Under the pieces are notes generated by a model that saw nothing but the letters and a program-made list of their open reading frames with translations, ran no database searches and was not told the DNA's origin. 64,000 nt of DNA from Raja brachyura (lineage: Eukaryota). The stretch spans positions 88,350,001 through 88,414,000 of the forward strand of contig OY740788.1 in NCBI GenBank assembly GCA_963514005.1, in the 5' to 3' direction. The first letter of the stretch is position 1; the number at the start of each line of letters is the position of its first letter. A program made the translations under genes and the position numbers. Shown piece after piece: positions 61,599-64,000 of the stretch.

Positions 61599-61725
61599 TT
61601 AAAGAAGGAACTGCAGATGCTGGAGAATCGAGGGTTACACAAAAAGCTGGAGAAACTCAGCGGGTGCAGCAGCATCTAAGGAGCGAAGGAGATAGGTGAC
61701 GTTTCGGGTCGAGACCCTTCTTCAG
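61599..61725 (-). mobile_element. Solo Penelope pLTR-like unit flanked by a 74-bp direct duplication
   Basis: 61525-61598 equals 61726-61799. Hammerhead-like motif at 61725-61698. Confidence 0.75.
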
Positions 61726-62529
61726 ATCTTGATTTTCATGGAATGGGAAATGTTGATTAGAAAGGATCAGTTACTGAAAGCAAACACACAGTGGCAGTGA
61801 GCGGTGAACAGAGGAATGTGGTGTTAGTCTTTATTGAAAGAGGTTTATGCACAATAGGAAGGGTATTGCAACAATTACACTGGGCCATTTTCATTTTCCA
61901 ACCAAGGAGTATAATTACCGAATGCAGAAATTATAATGTGTCTGCAGCTTGCTTGCTTAATTCATTTCATAACCTGGGTGGGAAAGGATCAGGTCTTGGG
62001 TATTTGTTTGTCCCAATGTTTCTTCCAAAGAATTTATTTGGGATAATTTACATTAAGCTGGAAACAGTGCAGAAATTATTTGCAAGGAGGTTGCCAGGAC
62101 GCGAGAGACTCAGTTAGAGGGAGAGGTTAGGTAAGCTGGGATTTTTTTCTCTGAAGCACAGGTGATTGAGGAGTGATCTTATAGTGGTGTCTAAAGTCAC
62201 GAGATAGGATAAATTCACAGTATTTTCCCAGTGGAGGATAATAAAAAACCACAGGGTTAAATGGGGAGGGGGAAAATGTAAAGAAACTGGAGGAGCAACA
62301 GATGGTGTTTGCTCTATGAAGCTTTTTGAGGCAAGCACAATTCAACATTTAAAAGACATTTGGAGAGATACATTGATAGGAAAGTGTTTGAGGGATGTGA
62401 GCAAACATGCGGAAATGGGACCAGCTTAGTTAGAGCTGAATGACTCGATGACTCTCCACTTTTGCCAGTTTATGTCGTGGAATACATATTTTTGGCCAGG
62501 AACAGAAAGCCGAGCGACTATGCACCTGT

Positions 62530-63060
62530 CCATGTTGGTGGAATGGCAATGGTGAAAGCGTTAAAGGCTTCATGTTCCTGGGCTTTCACATCTCTGATGG
62601 CCTGTCGTGGGCACAGCACACTGGTGTAATCTCAAAGCAAGCTCACCAATGCTCCTATTTCCTCAGAAGTTTGAGGAGATTTGGCCCGTTGCCCAATACT
62701 CTATCAAACCTCCACAAGTGTACAGTGGACAGGTTACTAGCTAGTTGCATCATGGCCTCGTTTGAAAATTAGAATGGTCAGGAATGAAGGAGGCAACAAA
62801 AAGCAGTGGGCATTGTCCAGTCCATCATCGATACTGACCTCCACACCATCGAAGGGAACTACAGGAAGCGCTGCCTCAAGAAGACAGCTAATATTGTCAA
62901 GACCCACACCATCCAGCCCACGCTCTCTTCTCACTGCTATCATCAGGAAGCAGGTGCTGGAGCCCGAGAACTGTTACCTCCAGGTTCAAGAACAGCTTTA
63001 TCCAATCAACCAACAGGTTTTTGAATTAATTTGTACACTCTAACCACAACCCTATCTCAG
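62530..63060 (+). mobile_element. Rex1/Babar-like LINE 3' remnant (similar pieces at about 45511-45750 and 50870-51150)
   Basis: FLGFHISDGLSWAQHT..KQAHQCSYFLRSLRRF. Confidence 0.7.
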
Positions 63061-63835
63061 CATTGAACAGACTTTGCACGACTGTGGTTACTTTACATAC
63101 TTTGGTAATGTTTTATCATCATCTAGTTGAGTTAGATACGTTATGGCGCACTTGTTGTTGCTGTTCTGATGAATCTTTATTATAGAGATACAGCGTAGAA
63201 TCAACCCCTTTGTCCCACTGAGTCCGTGCCAACCAGTGATCACCCCGTACACACTGGAGACAATTTACTATTTTACCAAAGCCAATTAATGTACAAACGT
63301 GTGTTTTTGGAGTGTAGGAAGAAACCAAAGCACTCGGAGAAATCCCACATGGTCACACAGAGAACGTACAAACTCCGTACAGATTAATGTGCCTAAAGCC
63401 AGTAAGTAAGAATTTAATTGCTCCAGTCCACTTCCGCCACACATGAAAAATAAACACCCTTCTCGTTATTATATCCCCTTCACACATCTCATTACTTTTC
63501 TTCCCTCCATTACATCTGCCTGTTTAATCTCCACTCTTTCTTGCATTTGTTCAATGCATTTATTTTACATATGGGTTGCGAATGTACACGTGTTTCCCAT
63601 CTGCTGATATTTCAGCCGAATAATTTGCCTCAGAGATGAATCAGAACAGCCTCAGATGACTTCTAAACCTTGATCAGCAAGGCAGTGAAACCAATTGGTA
63701 TCAATAGACAATAGGTGCAGGAGTAGGCCATTCGGCCCTTCGAGCCAGCACCGCCATTCAATGTGATCATGGCTGATCATCCACAATCAGTACCCGGTTC
63801 CTGCCTTCTCCCCATATCCCCTGACTCCGTTATCC

Positions 63836-64000
63836 AGCCTCAACGACTACCGGCCAGTCGCACTCACACCAGTGGTGATGAAGTGCTTTGAAAAACTGGT
63901 CTGGGGTCACATCACATCATTTCTGCCCCGAAGCTTTGACCCCCACCAGTTTGCGTACAGAGCAAATAGATCTACAGAGGACGCTGTAGCCACAGCTCTC
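63836..64000 (+). mobile_element. Rex1/Babar-like LINE RT, running off the window end
   Basis: [38 protein letters not shown]. Confidence 0.85.

Overview
Repeat-dense vertebrate genomic DNA, inferred to be cartilaginous fish (probably skate or ray) from the CR1, L2, Rex1, Penelope, Tc1, DIRS and tRNA-SINE content. Among the repeats is a convergent (tail-to-tail) pair of paralogous, intron-containing immune-receptor genes that the ORF track cannot show. They encode non-rearranging Ig V domains with the J motif (GNGTQLNV) joined in the germline, an uncharged transmembrane exon and a four-exon cytoplasmic tail. Gene B (minus strand; exons 55945-55595, 48089-47745, 43971-43626, 42252-42108, 41940-41867, 35911-35870, 35779-35737, 32525-32500) has three VJ domains. 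Its tail contains a complete ITAM, YMDL-x7-YGHL, split by a phase-0 intron after Y-x as in CD3e, FcR-gamma, DAP12 and CD79. As assembled, B has two frameshifts: +1 in V3 and a 10-bp duplication in the TM exon. Gene A (plus strand; 11350-11694, 13068-13202, 13369-13442, 16139-16180, 16271-16313, 20651-20676; 5' end not in the window) is open through V, TM and most of the tail, but a stop removes the second ITAM tyrosine. The two copies show sharp tracts of near-identity consistent with gene conversion. Other notable items are a complete DIRS1-type retrotransposon (ITRs plus ICR) carrying a truncated U2 snRNA copy, two IR/DR Tc1 copies, Penelope pLTRs with minimal hammerhead-like motifs, and a purine/pyrimidine foldback. 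Gene models were built by hand, and repeat boundaries and identity levels are by-eye estimates.
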